From: Thermoanaerobaculia bacterium
Lineage (GTDB): Bacteria > Acidobacteriota > Thermoanaerobaculia > Gp7-AA8
Assembly (NCBI GenBank): GCA_035516895.1
Contig: DATIZY010000145.1
Location: 1 to 55,891, forward strand
DNA length: 55,891 nucleotides
Direction of reading: 5' to 3'
Made by a program: the position numbers and the translations under genes. A model generated the notes under the pieces. That model did not search any database, was not told the origin of the DNA, and saw only the letters and a program-made list of their open reading frames with translations. Positions 36,318 through 44,222 of this stretch are shown one piece after another. Numbering within the stretch: position 1 is the stretch's first letter; every line of letters starts with the position of its first letter.

Positions 36318-36324
36318 TGTTCAC

Positions 36325-36389
36325 GGTGCCCTGTGCCCAGCGCCCTGTGCGCTCCTCAGCCGGGCACGAGGCACGGGAAACGGGGCACT
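36325..36389. repeat. Inverted heptamer arrays: (NGTGCCC)x4, a 9-nt spacer, then (GGGCACN)x4
   Basis: ggtgccc tgtgccc agcgccc tgtgcgc / gggcacg aggcacg ggaaacg gggcact. Confidence 0.8.
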
Positions 36390-36392
36390 GTT

Positions 36393-37688
36393 TCATTGCG
36401 CCGACGCCGGCCGGATGTGCTCGACCGTCGCGATTCCGACGGCATTCTTCGTCGTCGATTTCACGCGATACATCGCCGCGTCCGCCTGCCGGATCAGATC
36501 GTCTTTGCTCAGGCCGTGGGTCGGATACGTCGCGATCCCGAAGCTCGCGGTGACGGAGATCTCCACCGTGCCGTCGATGATGAACGACGTCGCGGTGAGC
36601 GATTTGCGGACGCGGTTCGCCACGGCCATCGCCTGCTCCTGATCGGTCTCCGGCAGGACGATGCAGAACTCGTCGCCTCCGAAGCGGATCACCTTGTCGA
36701 TCGTTCGCACCGCCGTGAGGATCCGCTTCGCCACTTCCTGCAGGGTTCTCGAACCGGTGAGATGGCCGTAGAAATTGTTGACCATCTTCAGGTCGTCGAG
36801 ATCGAGAAAGATGATGCTGAAGAGCGATCCGTAGCGTCGGGAGCGCTCGATTTCCTCATCGAGGTAGCTCTCGAAGAAGCGGCGGTTGAAGGCCTTGGTC
36901 AGATCGTCGCGCATCGCCAGATCGCGGCTTCGCGACAACTGATAGATGTTGCCGAGGACCGAAGCGACAGCACGGACGTAGTCGGTGACCTGCTCGATCA
37001 CCGCCTCGTCGACGTTGTCGGTCGGCGCGAGCGGCACGCGGATCACGCCGACGAGATCGTGCTCGACCTGCAGGGGAATCACGATCATCCCCGACGTGCG
37101 ATCGGCGGCGAACGAATGGCCCGACGACAGCGCCCGCTGCAGCAGATCGGCCGGGATGCCGGGCAGGAACTCGCCCGTCTCGTGGGCGTCGGGATCGTTC
37201 GTGAAGCTCACGACGTAGCGCTCGAGCCGCGGGTCGTGCAGGAACAGCGTCCCGCGCGGCATGCCGAGGAGGTCGAGGACGGTGCGGGTGATGCGCTCGG
37301 AGACCGCGCCGGCGTCCGAGAGCGACATCAGCTCGTGGATCTGCTTGAGAAACGTCACCTCGGTCTCGAGCTGCGAGGCGTGCACGGCGGCGTCGACGAG
37401 ATCGCAGGCAAACGAGAGATACTCGTGCGGTTTCGTCAGAAACGATTTGCGGTCGATGTAAATCTCGCCCTGCCGCCGCTGCGCAGGCTCCTCCATGTCG
37501 AGAACGATGCGGACGATGCTCTTGCGCGGAGGCGGCGACAGCACGGCGTGCGAATCGCGATCGATGACGGCGATGCGGCTGACTTCCCGCTCGATTCCGG
37601 AATCGGCAAACTTCAATTCCGGACACTTCTGCCGCAACGTGGACACGAGGTCCGATCCGCTGTAAACGCCGATCGTCTGCTGAATCAA
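36393..37688 (-). CDS. Diguanylate cyclase (GAF-like sensor plus GGDEF)
   Basis: RFGGDEF active site and DDLTKAFNRRFF. The TTG start from the ORF track is uncertain. Confidence 0.85.
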   Translation of the reverse strand: MIQQTIGVYSGSDLVSTLRQKCPELKFADSGIEREVSRIAVIDRDSHAVLSPPPRKSIVRIVLDMEEPAQRRQGEIYIDRKSFLTKPHEYLSFACDLVDAAVHASQLETEVTFLKQIHELMSLSDAGAVSERITRTVLDLLGMPRGTLFLHDPRLERYVVSFTNDPDAHETGEFLPGIPADLLQRALSSGHSFAADRTSGMIVIPLQVEHDLVGVIRVPLAPTDNVDEAVIEQVTDYVRAVASVLGNIYQLSRSRDLAMRDDLTKAFNRRFFESYLDEEIERSRRYGSLFSIIFLDLDDLKMVNNFYGHLTGSRTLQEVAKRILTAVRTIDKVIRFGGDEFCIVLPETDQEQAMAVANRVRKSLTATSFIIDGTVEISVTASFGIATYPTHGLSKDDLIRQADAAMYRVKSTTKNAVGIATVEHIRPASAQ

Positions 37689-37695
37689 GCGGTTA

Positions 37696-37705
37696 ATTCT
37701 ACAAT
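37696..37705. promoter_or_regulatory. Overlapping divergent -10-like boxes (TAGAAT on minus, TACAAT on plus)
   Basis: ttaATTCTACAATg lies in the 29-nt gap between the GGDEF gene and the 37718 gene. Confidence 0.35.
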
Positions 37706-37717
37706 GCGCGGCCGCCT

Positions 37718-38368
37718 GTGCGTATCGTGCAGATCCTCCCGCCTCACCCGACCGAGTACGAGAAGAAATGCGCCCGGATCGACCTCGCGCTGTTGCAAAA
37801 CGTGGAGCTTAGCCGTGATGTAACGTTAATTTACGGCAAGCCGCCGGTCAGCGATTTGCCGGAGGCGGTCGAGGAGCGCTGGTTTCATGGAGCGGAGGAC
37901 GCTCAGCCAGCCGGCGGCGGCCTGAGCGGTCGTCGCCGCACGATCGCCAGCTTCCGCCGCGAGTCGATCGTGCCGCTCGTCGAGCAGACGATGGCGCGGC
38001 TGCATCGCACGCGCGAAGACATCGACTGGCTGCTGGTCGATGAGCCGCCGGCGGATTTCACGCCGTTCGACGCATGGATCGATCCGGCGATCGAGGAGAG
38101 CGACCTCGACGGATTCGTGGCCGAAGCGCTCGTCGCGGGCAAAATCGTCGTCGCCGCGCGGATTCCCATCAACATCAAGCGGCTCGAGAAGGGACGGACG
38201 GGGCTGCTCGTTCCACAATGTGATCCGAACGAGCTCACTCATGCGATACTAGCCGCCCTGTTCAAGCCGGAAGTCGCCGAGACGAGAATCGAAGCCGCGA
38301 AGCAAACGATTTCGAAGTTCCGACCCCGGCAGCGCCTCCGCGCACTGATCCAGCTCCTTCACGCATGA
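37718..38368 (+). CDS. Hypothetical protein, weak glycosyltransferase-1 C-terminal-like region
   Basis: 216 aa. GFVAEALVAGKIVVAARIP...GLLV resembles a GT1 C-terminal motif. GTG start. Confidence 0.45.
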   Translation: MRIVQILPPHPTEYEKKCARIDLALLQNVELSRDVTLIYGKPPVSDLPEAVEERWFHGAEDAQPAGGGLSGRRRTIASFRRESIVPLVEQTMARLHRTREDIDWLLVDEPPADFTPFDAWIDPAIEESDLDGFVAEALVAGKIVVAARIPINIKRLEKGRTGLLVPQCDPNELTHAILAALFKPEVAETRIEAAKQTISKFRPRQRLRALIQLLHA

Positions 38369-39558
38369 TCCGCCTCGATACCCTTGCCACTCCACAACGC
38401 CGCGCGCTCGATCTCATCAAGGAAGTCGCCGCCGAAAAAGGCCTCCGGGTGTACCTCGTCGGCGGCCCCGTCCGCGACCTCATCCTCGGCCGCACGGTGA
38501 TCGATCTCGATTTGACTCTCGAAGACCAGAGCTCGGTCCTCGCGCGCAGCGTTGCGAAGCGCATCAACGGCCGGGTGCGCTCGTACCCGCAGTTTCTAAC
38601 GTACAAGGTCACGGCGGACGACTTCCCGGAGATCGACATCGCTACGGCGAGGAGCGAGAAATACCGGCAGCCGGGCGCGCTGCCGGCCGTCAGCGCCGGT
38701 TCTCTCGTCGACGACCTGGTGCGGCGCGATTTCTCGATCAATGCCATCGCTCTCGATATCGTTTCCGGAGAGATCCACGATCCCATCGCGGGTCTACCGG
38801 ATGTGGAGAAACGGCGGATCCGAGTGCTCCATGAAGCGAGTTTTGCGGATGATCCGACGCGAATTTTTCGGGGCATCCGCCTCGCGACGCGCCTGCAATT
38901 TTCGATCGAAGAACACACCCTGGCGTTGATGCGCGAGGCGATCCGCACGGGCGCGCTCGCGACAGTTTCGAAGGAGCGGCTGTGGCGCGAGCTCTTCCTG
39001 GCGTTCGAAGAGGAGAACGCGCCCGACGTCATCGAGGCGCTGAACGACGCAGGCGCCCTGGAGCACCTCCTCGGCGAGCGAAAGATTCAGCGCGAGCGCC
39101 TCGACGAAGCGCGCCGAGTGCTCGCCGCAAATCCAGCACTCGACCGCGACGCCGTCTACCTCGGCGCGATGATGTACGGGAACGCGTCGCCCGTCGACCT
39201 CGAAGGATCGGGCCTCTCGCAGAAGCGCGTCCGCGTGGTCATGCAGATCGCGAACGAGATTCCGCGCTACGCCGATGCGCTCGCGGAAGCGGACAACGAT
39301 CACGCGCGGTTCAAGATGCTGAAGCACGCGTCGCCCGAGCTGCTGGCGCTCCTGCCCGCGGAGCGGGTCTCGAAGTTTCGCGAATACCAGAACTTCCGGA
39401 TTGCGCTGCGCGGCACCGATCTCGAGGTGCCCGCCGGCCCGCACATCGCGAAGGCGCTCGAGCGCGCCCGCGAGGCCGTCTTCACAGGCGAGATCAACCC
39501 GGACGAGGCTCGCTCTTTTGCGCGGGAGATGGCGATCAAGTATCTTAATCGTGAGTGA
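38365..39558 (+). CDS. cca: CCA-adding enzyme / poly(A) polymerase family tRNA nucleotidyltransferase
   Basis: Motifs YLVGGPVRDLILG and RRDFSINA. ATGA overlap with the upstream gene. Confidence 0.8.
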   Translation: MIRLDTLATPQRRALDLIKEVAAEKGLRVYLVGGPVRDLILGRTVIDLDLTLEDQSSVLARSVAKRINGRVRSYPQFLTYKVTADDFPEIDIATARSEKYRQPGALPAVSAGSLVDDLVRRDFSINAIALDIVSGEIHDPIAGLPDVEKRRIRVLHEASFADDPTRIFRGIRLATRLQFSIEEHTLALMREAIRTGALATVSKERLWRELFLAFEEENAPDVIEALNDAGALEHLLGERKIQRERLDEARRVLAANPALDRDAVYLGAMMYGNASPVDLEGSGLSQKRVRVVMQIANEIPRYADALAEADNDHARFKMLKHASPELLALLPAERVSKFREYQNFRIALRGTDLEVPAGPHIAKALERAREAVFTGEINPDEARSFAREMAIKYLNRE

Positions 39559-40337
39559 TTCGTAAGACTCATTTCGGAATCTTTTTCGTGCTGATCGCCG
39601 CGCCGGCTCTCGCGCAGACGCCGCACGACATCACGCAGGTCGACCGCGCCCCGCTCGGCGGCACGATCGCCACGCCGCTGCCCGAAGCGCAGCGGAAGCA
39701 GCTGATGAAATACGAGATCCCCGAGCTCGCCGGCTCGCAGCAGGCCCTCGGCTCGCAGCTGATCGACGGACGGCTGCCGCTGCCGCTCGTCGATTACATC
39801 GCATGGGATGCAGACGTCCAGCAGCGCATCTCGATCTTCGAGGGAGGGCTGACGGTGGTGGATGTCCGCGGCGTCGCGGGCCCGATGCGGAAGCGCGTCA
39901 TCCTTCCGCAGGACGCGCTCGAATCGTACATGCGGTCGCTGCAGCCTGCGGCCGCGGTCCGCGAGAGCGATCTGCCCAGGCCGCGCGACAAACGCCGCGC
40001 GCTGCTCCGCGTTTACTCCGCTGCGGGAGATTTCAGCGACCGATGGTTCGATCCGACCGCGCCGCTGCCGCGCGCGTTCGACAATCAGATCTCGCCGCTT
40101 CGTGACCTGCTTCGAGCGATCACCGAAGATCGTACGGTGACGAACTCCATCGCCGGCTACGTACCGAAAGAGGGAGACGAGCTCGTCGGCGACGATCGAA
40201 AGGTCTATCGAGTCGTTCGGGTGATGGACAAATCGATCGTCGAGCTGCGCTGCCTCAACCAGCCGACGACGATCTACGTCGCGGTGAAAGACCTCTACAA
40301 CTACTTCATCGGAACGACGGGAGCGGCGCAGCAATAG
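39555..40337 (+). CDS. Secreted hypothetical protein
   Basis: GTGA overlap with the cca stop. Signal peptide FGIFFVLIAAPALAQ. Confidence 0.6.
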   Translation: MIRKTHFGIFFVLIAAPALAQTPHDITQVDRAPLGGTIATPLPEAQRKQLMKYEIPELAGSQQALGSQLIDGRLPLPLVDYIAWDADVQQRISIFEGGLTVVDVRGVAGPMRKRVILPQDALESYMRSLQPAAAVRESDLPRPRDKRRALLRVYSAAGDFSDRWFDPTAPLPRAFDNQISPLRDLLRAITEDRTVTNSIAGYVPKEGDELVGDDRKVYRVVRVMDKSIVELRCLNQPTTIYVAVKDLYNYFIGTTGAAQQ

Positions 40338-40927
40338 TGTCGACCCTTCGAGTCACCGCCGGTTCGCTCCGCGGCCGGCGCGTCCCGGTTCCAGCCGGCG
40401 ATTTCCGGCCGACCTCCGAGCGCGCGCGGCAGGCATTCTTCAACATCGTCGGCGAGCGGATCGACGGCGCGCGGTTTCTCGATCTCTTCGCCGGCAGCGG
40501 CATCTTCTCGTTCGAGGCGGTCTCGCGCGGCGCAGCGTCGGCGACCGCGATCGAACACGACCGCCGCAAAACCGAATCCATCGTGAAGCTCGCGAACGAG
40601 TGGCGCGTTCCGGTGAATGCCGTTCCGGGCGAAGTGCTGGCAACTCTCAGACAGCTCCGCGATCCGTTCGACGTCGTGTACGCCGATCCGCCTTACGACT
40701 TCGATGGTTACGAGAAGCTCGTCGACGCGATCGGACGGCTTTCGCTCGCAAACGACGCAGTGGTGGCGGTCGAGCATCGCCGCCGGACGAATCCGTTCAG
40801 CGGAGCGGGAGGACGCCTCCCGGTGCAACGCCGTGCGGAGTACGGCGAGGTGTGGATCACGTTCTTTCAGGCGCCGGGAGCTCGCCGTCAGGCGTCGGAC
40901 CCAACGCCGCTGACGCCTGAGGCCTGA
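40337..40927 (+). CDS. rsmD: 16S rRNA (guanine966-N2)-methyltransferase
   Basis: Motifs LRVTAGSLRGRRV, LDLFAGSG and YADPPY. The C-terminal 5 codons and the stop lie inside a heptamer array. Confidence 0.85.
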   Translation: MSTLRVTAGSLRGRRVPVPAGDFRPTSERARQAFFNIVGERIDGARFLDLFAGSGIFSFEAVSRGAASATAIEHDRRKTESIVKLANEWRVPVNAVPGEVLATLRQLRDPFDVVYADPPYDFDGYEKLVDAIGRLSLANDAVVAVEHRRRTNPFSGAGGRLPVQRRAEYGEVWITFFQAPGARRQASDPTPLTPEA

Positions 40928-40938
40928 GGCCTGACGCC
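40886..40938. repeat. Heptamer array (TGACGCC TGAGGCC TGAGGCC TGACGCC) with an upstream inverted partner TCAGGCGTC
   Basis: The 9-bp stem pairs 40888-40896 with 40911-40919. It is followed by CTTTATT and the phoH SD. Confidence 0.8.
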
Positions 40939-40957
40939 TTTATTGCATAGGAGAACA

Positions 40958-41923
40958 ATGTCACCGATGGAACTACGACTCGACGACGAAGGCACGCAGA
41001 CGCTCTTCGGAAACCGCGACGAGAACCTCCGCATGCTGGAGGATGAATTCGGCGTGAAGATCTCGTCGCGCGGAAACGAGATTTTCGTGCAGGGCAATTC
41101 GGAGAATGTCGCGCCGGTCGAAAAACTTCTCGGCGAGATGCAGGACCTCATCGAGCAGGGCTATCCACTCAAGAAGTCGGACTTGTCGACCGGCGTACGC
41201 GTGCTCCGCGATCGTCCCGAGACGAACCTCGTCGATTTCTTCACCGACGACGCGCTGCAGGCGTCGATCCGCCGCGTCGTCACGCCGCGCAACGTCGCGC
41301 AGAAGCTGTACCTGCAGGCGATGCAGGACTACGACATCACGGTGTCGATCGGGCCCGCGGGCACGGGCAAGACGTTCCTCGCGGTCGCCGCGGCGGCCGC
41401 AGCGCTGACCGAGAAGACGATCAAACGAATCGTCCTCTGCCGGCCCGCGGTCGAGGCGGGCGAGCGGCTCGGATTTCTTCCGGGCGACATCGCCGAGAAA
41501 GTGAATCCGTATCTTCGGCCGCTCTACGACTCGCTCTACGACATCATCGGCTACGAGAAAGTGGACAAGCTCATGGAGCGCGGCGTGATCGAGATCGCGC
41601 CGCTCGCGTTCATGCGCGGACGCACGCTCAACGACTCGTTCATCATCCTCGACGAAGCGCAGAACACGACCCCCGAGCAGATGAAGATGTTCCTCACCCG
41701 CCTCGGTTTCGGATCGAAGGCCGTGGTCACCGGCGACGTAACGCAGGTCGATCTGCCGGAAGGGAAAAAATCGGGGCTGCGCGAAGCGCGGCAGATCCTG
41801 CGCAACGTCGAGGGCATCAAGTTCTTCGAGTTCGGCGACAAGGACGTCGTCCGCCATCCGCTCGTGCAGAAGATCGTCGTCGCCTACGACGCCGCGGAGA
41901 AAGAGCGGAAACCGCAGAGTTGA
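40958..41923 (+). CDS. phoH: PhoH-family ATPase
   Basis: GPAGTGKT Walker A. An AGGAGA SD lies 4 nt upstream of the ATG at 40958, so the TTG at 40943 is less likely. Confidence 0.9.
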   Translation: MSPMELRLDDEGTQTLFGNRDENLRMLEDEFGVKISSRGNEIFVQGNSENVAPVEKLLGEMQDLIEQGYPLKKSDLSTGVRVLRDRPETNLVDFFTDDALQASIRRVVTPRNVAQKLYLQAMQDYDITVSIGPAGTGKTFLAVAAAAAALTEKTIKRIVLCRPAVEAGERLGFLPGDIAEKVNPYLRPLYDSLYDIIGYEKVDKLMERGVIEIAPLAFMRGRTLNDSFIILDEAQNTTPEQMKMFLTRLGFGSKAVVTGDVTQVDLPEGKKSGLREARQILRNVEGIKFFEFGDKDVVRHPLVQKIVVAYDAAEKERKPQS

Positions 41924-42318
41924 CCACCATCGAGATCAGCGGCTCGGCGCCGCGAATGATGCAGCGCGAAGTCGCGTCGTTCGTGCGGAAAGTGCTGCTC
42001 GCCGCGGGGGAAGACATCGGCGAAATGTCCATCGCGTTCGTCGACGACGCGATGATGCGGACTCTGAATCGCAAGTTTCGCGGCAAAAACAAAACGACCG
42101 ACGTGCTCACGTTTCCCGGCGAAAATGCGTTCGAGATCGTGATCTCGATCGATCAGGCGCGGCGTCAGGCGCGCAACGAGAAGCATTCCGTTCCGACGGA
42201 GCTGCGCTACCTCCTCCTCCACGGCATCCTCCACGGCCTCGGCTACGATCACGAGAGCGACGACGGCGAGATGAATGCGCTGGAGATTGCCGTTCGAGAG
42301 AAGGTCGGCCTCGACTAG
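41920..42318 (+). CDS. ybeY: rRNA maturation endoribonuclease YbeY
   Basis: HGILHGLGYDH zinc motif. Confidence 0.9.
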   Translation: MTTIEISGSAPRMMQREVASFVRKVLLAAGEDIGEMSIAFVDDAMMRTLNRKFRGKNKTTDVLTFPGENAFEIVISIDQARRQARNEKHSVPTELRYLLLHGILHGLGYDHESDDGEMNALEIAVREKVGLD

Positions 42319-42809
42319 CGCCCGTCGAACTGCAGCTTTGAGCTCCGGATGTCGATCAGCGGACCGAGCTCGTAGATGTTGCGATAGCCGTACGCGTAGA
42401 GCGCGATGAACGTCGAGAGATTCAAAGACGCGTTCGAGAGCTTCGAGGGGAACGGGCCCGGCGCGTTGGTGAAGTTGTTGTTGCAGTAGATCAGGATGCG
42501 CGTGTCTCGGTCGGGAATCGCCGCGCTGAGGCTGTCGATCGTGATGTCGGGGAAGCTGAGGTTGATCGCGCCGCGGATGTGAAGCTCGGCGAACTTCGCC
42601 GCGCTGCGGGCGTCGAGGACGATCGTATTGGGTTCACCGCTCATGCGGATGAAGTCCTCTTCGCTCACGCGATGCGACTCGCGATACACGGCGGCCTCAC
42701 TCGCGACCGCGAGATACGCGCGCATGTCGATCGCCGGGTTCTGGATCACCGCCGCGAGAATCAGCGCAATCACGCCCGTTGGACGGTTTGCGCCGCGAGC
42801 GGTTAGCAA
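42315..42809 (-). CDS. Rhodanese-like domain protein
   Basis: TIVLDARSAAKFAELHIRGAINL and ILIYCNNN (active-site Cys loop). The start is uncertain: TTG at 42809 or ATG at 42725. Confidence 0.65.
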   Translation of the reverse strand: MLTARGANRPTGVIALILAAVIQNPAIDMRAYLAVASEAAVYRESHRVSEEDFIRMSGEPNTIVLDARSAAKFAELHIRGAINLSFPDITIDSLSAAIPDRDTRILIYCNNNFTNAPGPFPSKLSNASLNLSTFIALYAYGYRNIYELGPLIDIRSSKLQFDGR

Positions 42810-42815
42810 ATAAGT

Positions 42816-43001
42816 GGGGTCAGAGCTTCAGTTGTTCTTTTTCTAACCGGCGTAGAGCGAGCCGCATCGCGATCGCCAGAGCTCTGGCGATTTCCTCCGC
42901 TGAATCCCGATCACGCACTGTTCGGGTCGGAGGCCTAGGTTAGGACCGCAATTGATGACTCTTCCCCACGTAGAAAAATCACAAGTACAGCTCTGACCCC
43001 C
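42816..43001. mobile_element. 186-bp miniature inverted-repeat element with Tn3-like GGGGTCAGAGCT... termini (TIME-like)
   Basis: The 32-33-bp terminal inverted repeats at 42816-42848 and 42969-43001 match at 25/32. A perfect 20-bp palindrome lies at 42872-42891. There is no ORF and no obvious 5-bp target duplication. Confidence 0.6.
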
Positions 43002-43005
43002 ACAA

Positions 43006-44139
43006 TTAGTCGAAGGCGATGATGCCGTCTTTCCAGAGCCTGTAGAAAATCAGCATCGCCTCGGACTCCCGGATCGGGCTGATCTTCATCAGAGCGCCGA
43101 GGTTCCACTGGCCGTTGATGCGGGAGAGGATGAAGCCCTCGTTCGGCGTGAAGTTCATCTCCGTGATCTCGGAGATCGGCTTGGCGATCCGCGGCACTTT
43201 CGACTCGGTGATTCCCTGGTGATACAGATCGGCGAGGATCACTGCCTCCGCACCTTTGATCGCGCTGCGCACACCCGACTTGCTCGGATCGAGATTCTCC
43301 GCCGCCTTCAGCAGCCGCTGCGCCTTGTCGTAGTCCTTCCCCTTCAGCGCCTGCTGCGCGCGAGTCAGCAGCCCCGCCACTTCGTCCGTCTCTGCCGGCG
43401 GCGCCGGCTCCTCGAACGGTGCCTTCTCCTCGGCCGCGCCACCCGGCTCGGTCATGCGCACGTAGCCGTCGCGCGCGAGCTTGTGCAGCGTCGAGCAGAC
43501 GCCGAACAGCGACGTCCGCGCTTCGAGCTCGATCTCCGCGATCGTGCGCTTCCCGTCGATCGCGTTCACGATCGTCTGCTGCTGCTCGTTGAGCTGATCG
43601 TTCGGGACCGTGCGCGCGATGATCGGAATCATCACATCGTGCGGAATGAGCTCGCGAATGCGCTGCCACTCGTCGACGCGCCGCGTTCCTTCCATGATGA
43701 TCCCCGTGACGTCGACCTGCAGCGGAATCATCTCCATCGATGGCAGCTCGTCGTCGATGAATTTGAAATCGCCCTCGCGCCACAAAAAGATGTCGTAGAT
43801 CTCCTCCTCCGCTTTGAGGCGCATGAGCCGCAGGAGATCGGTCTCGCTGATGACCTCGATCATCACGAGAATTTTTCCGAGGAGGATGCCGGATTGCTGC
43901 TGGACCTCCATGGCCTTCATCAGCTCCTGCTCGGTCAGGTACCCGTGGCTGATGAGGAATTGTCCGAGGTAATCGCGAGGGTCGTTGGAGGCGGAGGAGA
44001 TGACGCGCCCTCCTTTGAAAAAGATCCGCTTCTCGACCGACTTGTTCGCGACGAGGAGCGTGCCGGTTTTCTGGCCCAGGCTGAGCCACTGCAGCAGGTC
44101 GCCCGGCTGCATGGTCTTGAGATTGCCGCTGACACCCAT
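43006..44139 (-). CDS. DUF4388 (PATAN-like) domain protein
   Basis: N-terminus GNLKTMQPGDLLQWLSLGQKTGTLLVAN. Confidence 0.75.
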   Translation of the reverse strand: MGVSGNLKTMQPGDLLQWLSLGQKTGTLLVANKSVEKRIFFKGGRVISSASNDPRDYLGQFLISHGYLTEQELMKAMEVQQQSGILLGKILVMIEVISETDLLRLMRLKAEEEIYDIFLWREGDFKFIDDELPSMEMIPLQVDVTGIIMEGTRRVDEWQRIRELIPHDVMIPIIARTVPNDQLNEQQQTIVNAIDGKRTIAEIELEARTSLFGVCSTLHKLARDGYVRMTEPGGAAEEKAPFEEPAPPAETDEVAGLLTRAQQALKGKDYDKAQRLLKAAENLDPSKSGVRSAIKGAEAVILADLYHQGITESKVPRIAKPISEITEMNFTPNEGFILSRINGQWNLGALMKISPIRESEAMLIFYRLWKDGIIAFD

Positions 44140-44150
44140 CGCATTGCGTA

Positions 44151-44214
44151 GTGTAGGGCACGGCTGAGTGGTGCCGCACTCCCTGGTTCGACAGGACGCA
44201 GCGCTGCCCTACAC
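44151..44214. repeat. Degenerate REP-like pair filling a divergent intergenic region
   Basis: GTGTAGGGCACGGCTGAGTGGTGCCG ... GACGCAGCGCTGCCCTACAC. The outward CCCTACACT ends sit 7 and 10 nt from the flanking ATGs. Confidence 0.7.
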
Positions 44215-44222
44215 TTACGGCG

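Noticed and set aside
42315-42318. Overlapping convergent stop codons of ybeY and the rhodanese gene within the palindromic CTAG.
   Set aside because: This is a trivial consequence of tight convergent packing, with no further structure around it.
42904-42996. Small ORFs ending inside the miniature element's terminal repeats. Their peptide tails are similar (…VEKSQVQL*, …LEKEQLKL*, and …VEKAQLKL* at 1-27).
   Set aside because: The ORFs are 13-30 codons without credible starts. The differences between copies are not biased toward synonymous changes, so the similarity is explained by the DNA repeat itself.
44176-44195. tRNA-like GGTTCGA motif (ccctGGTTCGAcagg).
   Set aside because: It lies in the spacer of a REP pair. 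There are no acceptor, D or anticodon arms around it, and the gap is only 83 bp.
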